Shown: piece by piece, positions 51,540 to 62,600 of the stretch
Layout: each line of letters starts with the position of its first letter
Numbering within the stretch: the stretch's first letter is position 1
Origin: Tricharina praecox
Lineage: Eukaryota
Direction: 5' to 3'
NCBI RefSeq assembly: GCF_024521635.1
Contig: NW_026250414.1
Span: 558,001 to 622,000 of the forward strand
Length of the DNA stretch: 64,000 nt
Notes under the pieces: generated by a model
What the model saw: the letters and a program-made list of their open reading frames with translations, nothing else
What the model was told of the DNA's origin: nothing
Database searches by the model: none
Program-made: the position numbers and the translations under genes

Positions 51540-52499
51540 ATCCCATGGATCGTAACGCGCTGGAGCTCCAAAATCGCCTCAGAAATGGCCACTCCTCCAC
51601 CCACCCAGTCGCACCACTAACACCCCAGAGTAGGGCTGTGACTAGATAGAGTTTTTCTTTAGATACGAACAAAGGGTTTTAAGCATATTGTGGTGGTTCT
51701 AATGATGGTTTAAGGCTAAACTTTCCACCCAGAAGCGCAAATTCGCGTGATTTTCACAGCTTTCCACGGCCATACTGGCCCACCACCACATGAAATCTTG
51801 CCCTCAACCCCTAGAGCTTATAAAATATGATTCAGCCGCTCTAGAAATTGATGTGACGCAGCGGCACCCCCCAGACCTTACACGATCATTGGGTTTTGGA
51901 CGCAAATGTCGACATTTTTCGTCATCTCAAAACGAGGCTAATCTTTGTCCGGCGGTCTATGCCATCGTAACGACATTTAAAAAAAAGAGGATTTATTCTA
52001 GGTTACCTTTCGTAGTAATACTGAAGATCATATGCAACTCTCAGAGGTAAATATGGAAGAATGAAAATGTCGATTCCTCGTGGCATTACATTTTGAGAAG
52101 AATTTGGACACTTGGACCGCTTCTATGGCCTTCCAGGACAGGGCAGCTGGCGATGTCACGTCTAGAGTACGATAGAGTAGTGCCGTAGAGAAGTATTAAT
52201 GAAATCTAGGCTTCCAGGACTTGTTTTGAGACGTCAGGTGTTATTTATCTGCCTGCCAGGTTTTAGCGAGTGATATACCGTGCGGGAGCACTTATTCATC
52301 CGTGCTTTGTCTTTTGGAGGGTTGGTGACCGTCAAGGGCTTTTAATATTTCATCTCTTTGCCCCCCGAGATAGTCATTATTCAGGTGACGATTTCCGTGC
52401 TGAACAAGGTGATATGGCCTACTTTTGGAGATTTTCCGGGTTGAGTGGAGTCGCGTAGCCCTTTTGGAACTCTAAGTATAAAATTACGATCCAAGGGAT
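51540..52499. mobile_element. Putative non-autonomous DNA transposon (MITE-like) with terminal inverted repeats
   Basis: Left atcccatggatcgtaa vs right ttacgatccaagggat (15/16 inverted match); further inward matches ggagctccaaaa/ttttggaactct and ccactc/gagtgg; AT-richer non-coding interior; no clean TSD. Confidence 0.6.
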
Positions 52500-53436
52500 T
52501 ATAGCTACGGCAGTATTTTGTGAGAGAAAGCATCAATCAATTTTGCATACATCCTATCTAAATTATGGCGGCCCAACGTACTCCTTTTCCTGTCCGCCCT
52601 GGCCATGTACCGGTACCTATGGGCTATCTACATGCCCGCTCCTCCTCCTGCTGCTGCTGCCACCTGGCCTCTTTTCTGCCCTCCGAATTATATATACCAG
52701 GATCATATAGATACATTGTTTACTTGCCAGGATCATATAGACACATTGTTTACCTGCCAGGCTATGTAGAGTATACTAACCGAGCGCGAGTGAGGTGAGG
52801 TGCGGTGTGCTTACTGCTCACTGCGCTCACTGCTTTCGTCTGATTTTGCCGCCGATACCTACTAAGTAGATAGTGAATGAGCTAGGTACTACCTGGTGGG
52901 CTATGTAGTAGCAACATGGCAACTATATATTCTTGTTGTGTACAAAAATTGCACACAACGACCTAGGCACCTCGTCAGCAGCTACTATGACGGTGTGTAC
53001 CGTGGGTAGCCTTCTTATTATTCTCGAGGCAATCCGGGCTCCGGGAGTGGTGGAGTTGGGGTTGTGAACTTGAACTGGTTGGTGGTAGGTACTGCTGTTA
53101 ACCAGTCTGTCATAGTACTCTAGAATAGTGGAGGAGAGTAGAGTAGAGTAGAGTGGTGAACTTTGGTGGTGAAGGCTGATGGTGAAGGCTGATGGTGAAG
53201 GCTGACATCCTGAGCATCCGGCGATGCACTGCTGATGCACTGGGTATGCACTGGGTATGCACTGACGTTATGCACCTACCTATGCACCTACCTTATAGGT
53301 AGATCGAAAAGTGGCTTCCTTCTCGAGTCTCGATGAACCCGAAGCTCGGATTCTCGGATTCTCGGAATCGAAGTTTGAAGTTTGAAGGTTGAACCGGGCG
53401 GAGTCGTGTGGAGGCCGTGCGGAGGCCGGGCTGCTG

Positions 53437-53560
53437 AGTGTGGCTGTTGTGGAGTGTGGCTGTTGTGGAGTGTGGCTGTTGTGGAGTGTGGCTGCTGTGG
53501 AGTGTGGCTGCTGTGGAGTGTGGCTGTTGTGGAGTGTGGCTGCTGTGGAGTGTGGCTGTT
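53437..53560 (+). repeat. 16 bp minisatellite (gagtgtggctgYtgtg), ~8 units
   Basis: Read directly from the sequence. Confidence 0.92.
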
Positions 53561-53914
53561 GAAACTTGATGGTTTACCCCAACCAAAGTCACCCCAACCT
53601 AAGAAAGAGTCGGCCGTGCATCATGTTGTACATGGCGGGTTTCGTGGGATGCTATGTAAATACGTCACAATTCATCTGGCCCTGGGGTTACTATTAAGGG
53701 GCGTGGGAGCAGAGGCGGGAGAGAGAGAGAGATCTTCCTGTTTTATTTCGCATGCAGCCTATCTAGACTATGGCGAACCCACGACCTCCGTTTCCTGTCC
53801 GCGCTGGCTAGTCCAGGTGAAAAAACCCCCCGGTACCGACCAGTCCGATGCGGCGCCCCACGGAGCAGAGGCGGCTTGGACGCGGGCTTTGCCCGGTATG
53901 CACAGATGATCGAT

Positions 53915-54508
53915 CTAGCGGGACTTGGTCAGACCTGAGTGAGACCAGCTGCCGAAGGAGCGGGACCCTTGCGGGACCCTTGCGGGCCTGATTGGGACTT
54001 TTCCGGACTTGCGTGGGACTCGCTGATGGAGGAGCGGACTTAGCAGTTTGGTCTCCTTCGTCCTCTGCTCCATCATCTTCTCCATCATCTTCTCCATATC
54101 TAAGGCCAGTGCCTTCGGCTCATCCTTCTGAGCTTCTTCCACCTTCTTCTTCATCGCAAATCTCTCCACCATCTCCTACTTCCCCTTCAAGATCGATTCA
54201 GCCTCACCCTCCGAGATGTCGTACGCAGACTCGTCTCCGCTCACAATTGTGTCAGTATTGTAATCATAACCCGGGGGAACGTCTCGGTCATCTTTATCGA
54301 TCTGCTTGACGTCCAAGACCACCTTATACACCACATCCTCTCCCTGCCCTGCAGAGTCCAGGCTACCGAGGTGCTCAAGAGTCTCCGAATAGGTACTGTG
54401 GTCCTCCAGTCCGCGAGCGAAGGTTCTGGCTAATGTATTCAGGTTGCCGGTACGACCGTTGCATATCTCAACGAGCTTGAGGGTCCGTCTCGTATACTGG
54501 CCGATGCT
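53915..54508 (-). pseudogene. Degenerate ORF, possibly an LTR-retrotransposon Gag relic
   Basis: One frame reads SSIGQYTRRTLKLVEICNGRTGNLNTLARTFARGLEDH...ILKGK*EMVERFAMKKKVEE...MEKMMEKMMEQ, with no usable start and an internal TAG. Confidence 0.4.
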
Positions 54509-54670
54509 ACTCTATGCCGGCAGAGTTGGATGTAGAATCCTTTCACAGCACCAAGCAAGGAAGAATTCGGTCTGGCATATAGGTAACCAACCTTGACCGA
54601 CATCCGCGCTGTACGTACCACCTATCTAGACCTAAAACCCCTATCTAAAGTTCTAAACCACCTCTATCAG

Positions 54671-55033
54671 CTACCTCCATACCCCCCATCCCTCCTTCTC
54701 GTCCACCTTCTTTTCCCTCCGTCGCTTCGACTCCTCTAGCATCTCCTTCGTCGGCTTTTGCAACTCAGTATCTACGAGATACCCAAAGCGCTCCCACAAC
54801 CACCACGAGAGGCCCGTGGAGCCGAGCGGACATATGCAGCCGCACGGGCGGATCCACTTATCGGACCCCTCGTAGCGCATCTTGAGCGCCCACTCCGCCA
54901 GACACTTCCCGTGGATCCAGTGGTTGCACGGCGACATCGTTTCTCCCGCTTCTGGATCTGTGGGGCAGCCCCGGCGACGTAGGAACTTGCACCGTGTGCT
55001 GACGTCGGAGCAGTTGCAGGGGATGGTTAGCAT
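54671..55033 (-). CDS. Small Cys/His-rich protein with RING-H2-like core
   Basis: ATG in CACCATG context; PCNHWIHGKCLAEW...PCGCICP motif; charged C-terminus; TATAAA upstream at ~55177. Confidence 0.55.
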   Translation of the reverse strand: MLTIPCNCSDVSTRCKFLRRRGCPTDPEAGETMSPCNHWIHGKCLAEWALKMRYEGSDKWIRPCGCICPLGSTGLSWWLWERFGYLVDTELQKPTKEMLEESKRRREKKVDEKEGWGVWR

Positions 55034-56242
55034 GGTGGTGTGAAGACTAGTGTGGTGAATGGTGTGCTGTGGTGCGGTGAATGGTGTGGTATTGTGAATG
55101 GTGTGGGATGTGGGAGGGGTGGTGGGGTGGTGGGGTGAGTGAGAGAGGCCGAGAGAAAATGAGCTTTGTAGTTTATACACATGCTTGGAAGGTCATGTTG
55201 GGCTGGTGGACGCTCGAAACGAGCGGTGGACGTTCCACTTGACTGGAATGGAGGCTACGGGGCTCCGTCTTGCACCGTTGCACGCTGGTGGTTCCCGGAT
55301 GGCTAAGTGATGGGTGCTCATGCGCTGCAGTTGCAACTTGCAACGACAATCCTCGACTCCCGAGTCCCGACCGAGCTCAAATGGGGACCGAGTGAGTCAC
55401 GATAATATGCTCTTGAGATGGTTCTGTATTGTGTGACAAAAGCGATTCATAATTCATGAGCCGTCTATAGTAGAAGAGTCTATACCTGAAGAAAAGAAGA
55501 AAAGAACATGTGAAAGAGATTCTAAGCGATCGTCCGTGTGTTCGTCTCCTATGGTTGCCCAGAGACAATGCTAACCAGATACCATCCGTCCATCCATGAT
55601 CCATCCATTCACCGATCCCTCCACCGAACCCGTCAGTCCCCGGTCCCGACTCCCCCACCCCCAATTCCCCGAGCCAATCATGAACCGTTGCTCGTCAACC
55701 AATCCCACCAGCCCAGCCCCTACACCCAGTTCCTAGAGCCAATCCCACCAGCCCTTCCCCCCATTTCCCGCAGCCAGCCAGCCAATTGTAAGTCGTTAAT
55801 CGCCAACCAATTGTAAGAAAGTCGTAAAAAAGTCGTAAGTCGTAAATCGTAAGTCGTAAGTCGCAAGTTGTAAATCGTCCGTCATCCCAGTCCGTCATCC
55901 CAGTCCGTCGTCTATCCAACCATCTATCCAGCCATCTATCCGTTTCCCCCTCCAAGTCTAACCGTCTATGCTTTTTCCCCCATCCTTCTATACCGTGTAT
56001 CCCATCTAAACCGTCTAAAATTCTATAGAGTACGCCGAAAAAGAAAAGAAAAAACAGAATGCCGAACGAAAACGCCAAAAACAAAAAGCAAAAAACCCGC
56101 TCAACAGGAAATAGAAATCTAAGTGAGTATCCGTCTATGTCTATCGTGAAACGCAGGAAAAAGCCACCGGGAAAAACAAACAAACAAAAGAAAAAAAAGG
56201 TATGTACAAGAAAAGAAGTAGGAAGGGGAAGCGGCGAGCCGC

Positions 56243-58099
56243 TCATTTCCACGACTTCCAGGTCATGGCCGCAGCGGCGACGCCAACACCGAGGACGACG
56301 CCTCTGAACCCGACGATGCCATTCTGTCGCGGCGTCTGCGAGATGCGGAACGCCGACTGGATGAAGGTAGCGTAAGTGCGGAACGAGAGCTTTCGGGGCT
56401 GAATGAGCGCCTTCCTGTTCGCGTTGCGGAAGTCGCGGACAAGGCTCTTGACGTGCTGCTTGAAGTCGGTCATTGGGATGGCGCGGACGACGTCCTGGTC
56501 GAGGAGGGTGCGGATGAGCACCTCCGCTTCGCGGGAGGTGGGGCGCTCGGCCTCGTCCGGGCGCAGCAGCAGCTGCACCACGTTGAGCGCGCCCAGGAAT
56601 ACGGCGTCGGAGCGCTGCAGCTTCTGCAGAGAGCGGATCTTCTCCAAAACCTCCTTCTTCACCGCGCCGTCCTCGTGGAAGCTCGCCACGATCTTGTAGT
56701 CCTTCTTGGTCTTGCGCGCGTTGTGGAACTTGCGCACGCCGTCGCGCCCCTCGGCGATCCACACCAGCAGCTCGAGGAAGACAGCCCCCATCGCCCAGAT
56801 GTCGAACGACCGGTGGATCCGCTTGCCCGTCAGCTCCGGCCCCGCGTACTCCTCGCTGCAGGGACGCATGCGCGTCTCCGAGAAGGAGCGGTCCTGCTGC
56901 ACCTCCTGGTGCGTCTTGAAGTGGGCCATGCCGAGGTCGGTCAGCGCGAAGCTGTCGTCGGCGCGAACGAGGATGTTGGCCGGCTTGATGTCGAGGTGGT
57001 AGCCGCAGCCGTTCTCGTTGCCGGTGTGGATCTGGTTCAGCGCCGAGAAGAGGTCGGCGACTTGCTCGACGATCCGAACGGTGGTGTTGTTCGGGGGAGT
57101 GAGCGTCGGCTCGCTTATCAGTGCTTGGAGCGAGGTCCGCGCAATCGGGTAGAAGGACATGTTCTCGGGTCCGTGGCTGAGCGATGCAAGCATCGGCACG
57201 ATGTTCGAGTGCTGGAAGCGCTTGTTGTTGCGGGTCTCGGCGGCGCAGTCTTGGTCGTCCCAGTCGCCGGCGCCGGTGTAGTAGTCATCCTCATCATCGT
57301 AGTCCCGGCTCTTCTCGCTGCCGCTGCTGGAGGAAACCCGGAAAATCTTGACGGCAACACAGCCGTCAATGGTCTCGAGGCTGTGGTAGCCGTCGAGAAG
57401 CTCGGCTTGGTAGACGTCACCGTAGCCTCCGCGGCCGAGCTGGCGCTTCAGGTTAATCGGCAAAGTCCGGCTGATGTTGACTGTGAAGATGTCGTCTGCG
57501 TCCGCCTTCTCGAGTGCTGGGATGTTGGGCAGAAGGAACTCGTACTGCTTGTGGTGGTGGAAAGTCTTCCAGAAGTGGTTGTCGCGGATCCCGTGCCTGA
57601 TGTAAGCATCATCCATGACTTGCTCCAATTCACTCTGCTGGAGCGGATGAGCCAGCACGCTCTCGTCGGTAAACCCTAACTCAACAAAGCTGTGGATGAG
57701 GCAGAGACGCTCCATCTCCAGGAGAATGGCGAAGATCAACCGGTATTCGCTGAAGATTGTCGTGATTTTTTGCTCGGTGGCAGGAGACATTCTGCCGCGG
57801 CACCATTTGCCCTCGCAAGGGCACTGGAGGAGCGATCGAATGTTTTTGCATGTCAAGACCCTGTAGACGTCGTTCTTGGGGTAGACGCGTCTCATGAGTC
57901 CTGTGGGCGAGTTCGTGATGTGCTTCTCGAAACCATGGATCCGATCCCTAAGGCGCTCGCAGATGAAGCCGTTCTCCCAGGAGTCTCCGCTGGAACTACT
58001 CGCTGAAGCCCGGCGGGACTCTGTAACTGAGCTGGTCTTGTGGAATGTAGTATTGAACTGCTTGATGGCGTGCAAAGAACGCTCGACTCGTGTCGCCAT
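56243..58099 (-). CDS. Fungal Ser/Thr protein kinase-like protein, intronless, 618 aa
   Basis: LGRGGYGDVY, VAVKIF, HSNIVPML, YHLDIKPANIL, LTDLG, YAGPE, DIWAMGAVFLELLVW, ERPTS; N-terminal LIFAILL..FTD domain; hydrophobic C-tail. Confidence 0.92.
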   Translation of the reverse strand: MATRVERSLHAIKQFNTTFHKTSSVTESRRASASSSSGDSWENGFICERLRDRIHGFEKHITNSPTGLMRRVYPKNDVYRVLTCKNIRSLLQCPCEGKWCRGRMSPATEQKITTIFSEYRLIFAILLEMERLCLIHSFVELGFTDESVLAHPLQQSELEQVMDDAYIRHGIRDNHFWKTFHHHKQYEFLLPNIPALEKADADDIFTVNISRTLPINLKRQLGRGGYGDVYQAELLDGYHSLETIDGCVAVKIFRVSSSSGSEKSRDYDDEDDYYTGAGDWDDQDCAAETRNNKRFQHSNIVPMLASLSHGPENMSFYPIARTSLQALISEPTLTPPNNTTVRIVEQVADLFSALNQIHTGNENGCGYHLDIKPANILVRADDSFALTDLGMAHFKTHQEVQQDRSFSETRMRPCSEEYAGPELTGKRIHRSFDIWAMGAVFLELLVWIAEGRDGVRKFHNARKTKKDYKIVASFHEDGAVKKEVLEKIRSLQKLQRSDAVFLGALNVVQLLLRPDEAERPTSREAEVLIRTLLDQDVVRAIPMTDFKQHVKSLVRDFRNANRKALIQPRKLSFRTYATFIQSAFRISQTPRQNGIVGFRGVVLGVGVAAAAMTWKSWK

Positions 58100-58870
58100 T
58101 GTAGTGACTGGTTTCTGTCAGTTTTGGTCCGCAGAAGAAGATATGAGGAACGCTTACTTTTGATGTCTTCCGGAACGGCTGGCGAACGGACTGAGTATGA
58201 ATGAGGGTGAATTGATGTCGGAAAGATTGTTTGGTCGAGTAGAGATCTAGTGATGAAGGAGCATGCAATGCTATCCTTTGCTGGTGATGATAGAATGAGC
58301 TGTGATGGTGATGATGGTGGTGGAGATACTGCTTCACTTCCTACTTCCATTTGGATTATATATATCTAAGCTATTTACCAGTGCTCATATTCAATCACGG
58401 GCGGGCGCGAGGCCGAACACTGAGGCCCGAGGCCGCCGATGAGCCTCCTCCTACGTAGAAACACATTCACTCGTCCCTACTGAATACTGAGCACACAAAA
58501 TACGTGTGTGCAATATGTCCGAGGAGGCCGAACTGCGCCTACACGGCTCGAGTTGTGGTGAACTTGAGGTGGCCGCCTTCTGTCGTTGCGGGCGGTCATC
58601 GTTGGGGAGCCTGGTACCGTGCGGCCTGGGCCATTGTTGGGCCGTAGCCTTGTACGTTCTAGTCGAGTCCGTTTCTTTTCCGTACAGGTGGTCTTGTGTA
58701 ACGTCGTTGCCACACCCACCGAAGTGCCCTGCCCCCGCTCCCACCCCACCACTTGCGGAGCCCGTTTCTCTGGCCAGCACTTCACTCACCACCGCCGCCA
58801 CCACCACCTTCACAAATACCGAAATGCCAGGCACGTACCTACCGAAGCCTTGCCTTGCTCTCGATTGAAA

Positions 58871-59620
58871 ATGTCTAACACTTTGGTACTAGGCTGTACG
58901 CACCCTTCTTTTCCCTTCTTCAAGCCTGAGTGAGGGGTGTGTACGTACTGACAGCAGCGTCCAGCGTCGCTGTGGCTCATTCCTCCCGCCGGCTCGGCTA
59001 TCGACGCTACGCTATCGAAGCTGATCCACAAGACCATTCCACCCCACTTCGCGCCCGACGAGACCGTTCCCTCGTTCATTCCGCACGTGACGCTCACGAG
59101 CCGTCTGCCGAAAGAATTCGCCAACCCTCAATCGGTGCTCAATGACCTCGAAATCGAGGACATTCCTGAAGTCGTCTTCAAGGAGCTCAATGTTGGGTGT
59201 GCGCCCGGAGTGCTTCGCGATGTGAGGCAGGAACCCATTGACTGATCTTCTTTTCCGACCAGCGATACTTTCTTCACACGCATCACCCTCCACGCAGAGA
59301 AAACTCCAGCACTCGTCGGCCTCGCCAGACAATGCCGGCACAAGTTTGCAGAAGGCAATGTCAATGAAGCCGACGCCACGCTATGGGCTACTGTCGTGTT
59401 TACGCCACACTTGAGCCTGGTTTACTCGTCGATGCCGGCGGAGAAAGTGAAGGCGGAAGTACTACACAAAGTGACGGAGGATGTTGATGACGCGGGGGTG
59501 GTTGCGGGACCAGCCGCTGTACACTCTGCAATGGGAGGCTGGAAGGGTGGTCGAGTGGTCCTAGTTCAGACCTGGAAAGACCTCGACCAATGGAAAGTGA
59601 TTGCGGAGAGGGTTTTGTGA
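58871..59620 (+). CDS. CPD1: 2',3'-cyclic-nucleotide 3'-phosphodiesterase (2H family), 3 exons
   Basis: Spliced translation SLWLIPPAGS..FIPHVTLTS..GDTFFTRITL..FTPHLSLVYS..WKGGRVVLVQT..WKVIAERVL*: both HxT/S motifs; introns ~58886-58953 and ~59198-59262. Confidence 0.88.
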
Positions 59621-62600
59621 GCAGGCTGAAAGCCTAGGATGGATTTCGTTGAGCGAGCGAGCACAATTCCTAGAATTGAAACATTGTGCGCGGTTCGGTT
59701 TTCCTCCGAGAAACATATCATGAGGCTCTATTTTGTTGTTTCCTCTCTTGGTCCGTACTGGTAATGGCCTAGGAAGCTCCCAAAGCCGTGCTTCAGCTCT
59801 GTGCACAGAGATGTGTCGTCCTATGGACCAATTAGAGCCTTGTTCAATCATCACCTCGACTGGACTCTCATTGTGCCCATTTCCAGGGGTGGGCACATAG
59901 CTAGAGTGTGCAAATGCGGCACCAGATCTACCCGCAGGAAGTGCTGGTAGATCGCTGGCTCAAGATTTTCGTCGCCTCTTCCAGCATGCCCAAGCCCGAA
60001 TGGCTGCGTTTGTACCTTTCATCACTGAGGGTGTGCCCAGCTACAATGGCTGCAGGAGCCTTCGCAAATTTCGCGGATTTGAGCCTTCCTCTCCCGTCAG
60101 AACGGGCTGCGGTGGGATGTGCTCATTCGCATTACAACGTTTCCTGGAGCCACCAGTCAGACAGGCTCTGCATCAGGACATGTACATAGCTGGAGCCGCC
60201 TGCCGCCTTTTTCTACTCGTGTTCACCTTTGGCTGGACCGGTCCTTCGGGCCTCGAGCTCGACATCATGACCGAGAACAGTACATAGAATCGTTTTCGAA
60301 GTCGAAAACGATCAAGCCTTCTTTCGGTCCCAAAACATACGCAGCTACGCGGGAGGGAATAGCTTCTCATCAGTATAGCTCTCGCTGATGATTGGGGAAT
60401 TCTCCAGCTCTATGGCGTAGCTATCCAGGGTGGTTCACTTGACTATTTCCCCTCTCGCCGATCGTTCGGTCGCGATAGAATAGTCAACTTCCATGATCCT
60501 TCCAGAAGATCTCTCGATTGGCAGGAACAATCTGACAGCGCAAGCGCGCTTTCCAGTTGCCATGACTGATTTGTCTCGCACATGCTGGGATCACGCCTGG
60601 TGTGGTGGTTCGGCGAATCAGAGATACCGTCGCCGCATCCTGACAACACAGATGCCTGATGCCACGATTTGGCTAGGACCAACGAGAGTGACGAACGTGT
60701 TGTTGGGCTCTTAGTTACATTTTTCTTCTTCGTTCCATCGGTGCCTGCTGCTCTCTCGCCCGTCCAATCTCAATCGCGCAAAAGAAAAAAAAACTGCGTC
60801 CAGACATCCGGCCTGATAGGCGCTCCAGGGCTCCCAGTTGTTTTCTCTTCGTCATTTCCTGTCAGGCAGTGGGTTATTGAGTTGAAGTAGTAAAAGCACA
60901 GTGTGCCCGATGTCGATGTGTTCAGGAACACGTTGCGAACAGGCGAAAGAAATTGCGCGCATCCCGCCGCATCAGTGAACAGTGAACTGATGGGATGGAT
61001 TACCAAAGTAACCGTACTCTACCAATTCTAAAATCCTTCTTCTAGTGCTTCCAGAAGCTTTTCGGACGCAGGAACTGAATTGCTACCCGATAAGCGAATA
61101 ATCCTTTTCTCCCACCCCTTCCGTTCCGTCATGTCATGGGCTACCGACTGAGCCCATCAAGCGCGGATAGATAAATACCACCCACCTGCCCCGAGGCCGC
61201 CGTGTGTAAGGCATTTCTGCTGGCTCACTCAGGTGCGATACCTCGAACCTCGAACGCGGAACCCATTCTCCCACGCAGCCGGGTATGCCAGCGCACCGTC
61301 GACGAGGTCGGAATATGCGACGTCATATGTATTACAGAAACAGTCGCCAAGCTATACAGAGGGAATCGGTGGCAGCCGCGCAAGGACCGTCGGGGGCCTA
61401 GATGAGACCATAACGGTAGTAAACAGGCCGACCGAACGGAGATGCGTGGCGATTTTTTTGCTGAAGCGGAAGTTTTCCGATGTGTACCTATGTGCATAAA
61501 TGTGTTGCTTGAGAGGTCACGGCTCGATTAAACGAATGCACGATGCGTGGTTAATCAAGATGATGAGCAGACGACTACTCCGATGTCTTTCCCTTTCGTT
61601 CGAGGAACCTTCCGGTGGACTGCTGCGGGAGTCCTGACGGATTAAGGGTGGTTACGTCGAGGGAATTACTAAAGTGAGGGCGGTCTGGCTCCAGTGTCTT
61701 CACTTGGCAAAACATACAAAGATAAGTACTTGGCTGTTTTCCTTTATTACTTCCGGTCACTTTTGCTGGCTGGATGCCGTTTTGATTGCTGTCTATGTAG
61801 GATATTCTCGCTCATCCAACAAAGATGTGAATAGCCACACAAGCGCCACAGCCGTATCAGCCACACGCTGACTCGGCCAGCAATAACCACTATCGGTCAC
61901 TCCAAACTTTCGCATACCCTGATTATAGATCTATGTTTTGTCCGATATATCTGTGGTGAGAACTGCACTCTAGGGGATATGCTCAAAGAGCTCTAAGATA
62001 CTACCTACATAGAAAACAGTATTAACTACGTCGGAACAGAGTCTTTGATCCTGGATGGAGCAAGCATAGGGCCGAAACAGTAACTGATGGTTGTGGGGAG
62101 CTTCAAACGGTTCGACTTTTGAACTCCCTACGGTATCATATTGTGACGATCCCAACCCCGTTATGTACTCTACGTACATGCCTAGGCTAACTTCCTTCTC
62201 CGGGTCCAGATTCGATTCGACTCCGCGTCGATCGCCAAACCGCCCTTGGCGACAAGCCACACGGCCGTTAACGTCGACTAGGGCTGGGTATTTGACGTGC
62301 GGTTAATTCGTCTGGCAGTATCTACTGAGTGGAGTACGGTAACTGCTCAGCAGGAACCAACGGTCTCGGCTAAACTCCAGATACATAAATGATGATAGTA
62401 TTCTGGTAGATATTCAAAACCACGTGGCCTAATCGAATATCCGACGCATGTGCTTATCCCCAATCACAATATGGAGAGAAGGAGCCGGAGGATCGTAGAT
62501 AAATATCCAAGTACTTCTACCGTTATTGAAACCTTCAGAATCAATATCAAACATGAGGGATGCGGGACGACGCGAGCGATGGATCCCCCTCCGCTTATTT

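Noticed and set aside
55695..57679. Long alternative-frame and antisense ORFs over the kinase (also seen over Hsp78, Gpi16, MFS and the TFs)
   Set aside because: Expected shadows of GC3-rich coding sequence; no motifs
39982..59620. Functional link between the intron-containing tRNA and CPD1 (which removes a tRNA-splicing by-product)
   Set aside because: They are 19 kb apart with unrelated genes between; tRNA genes are dispersed, so this is likely coincidence
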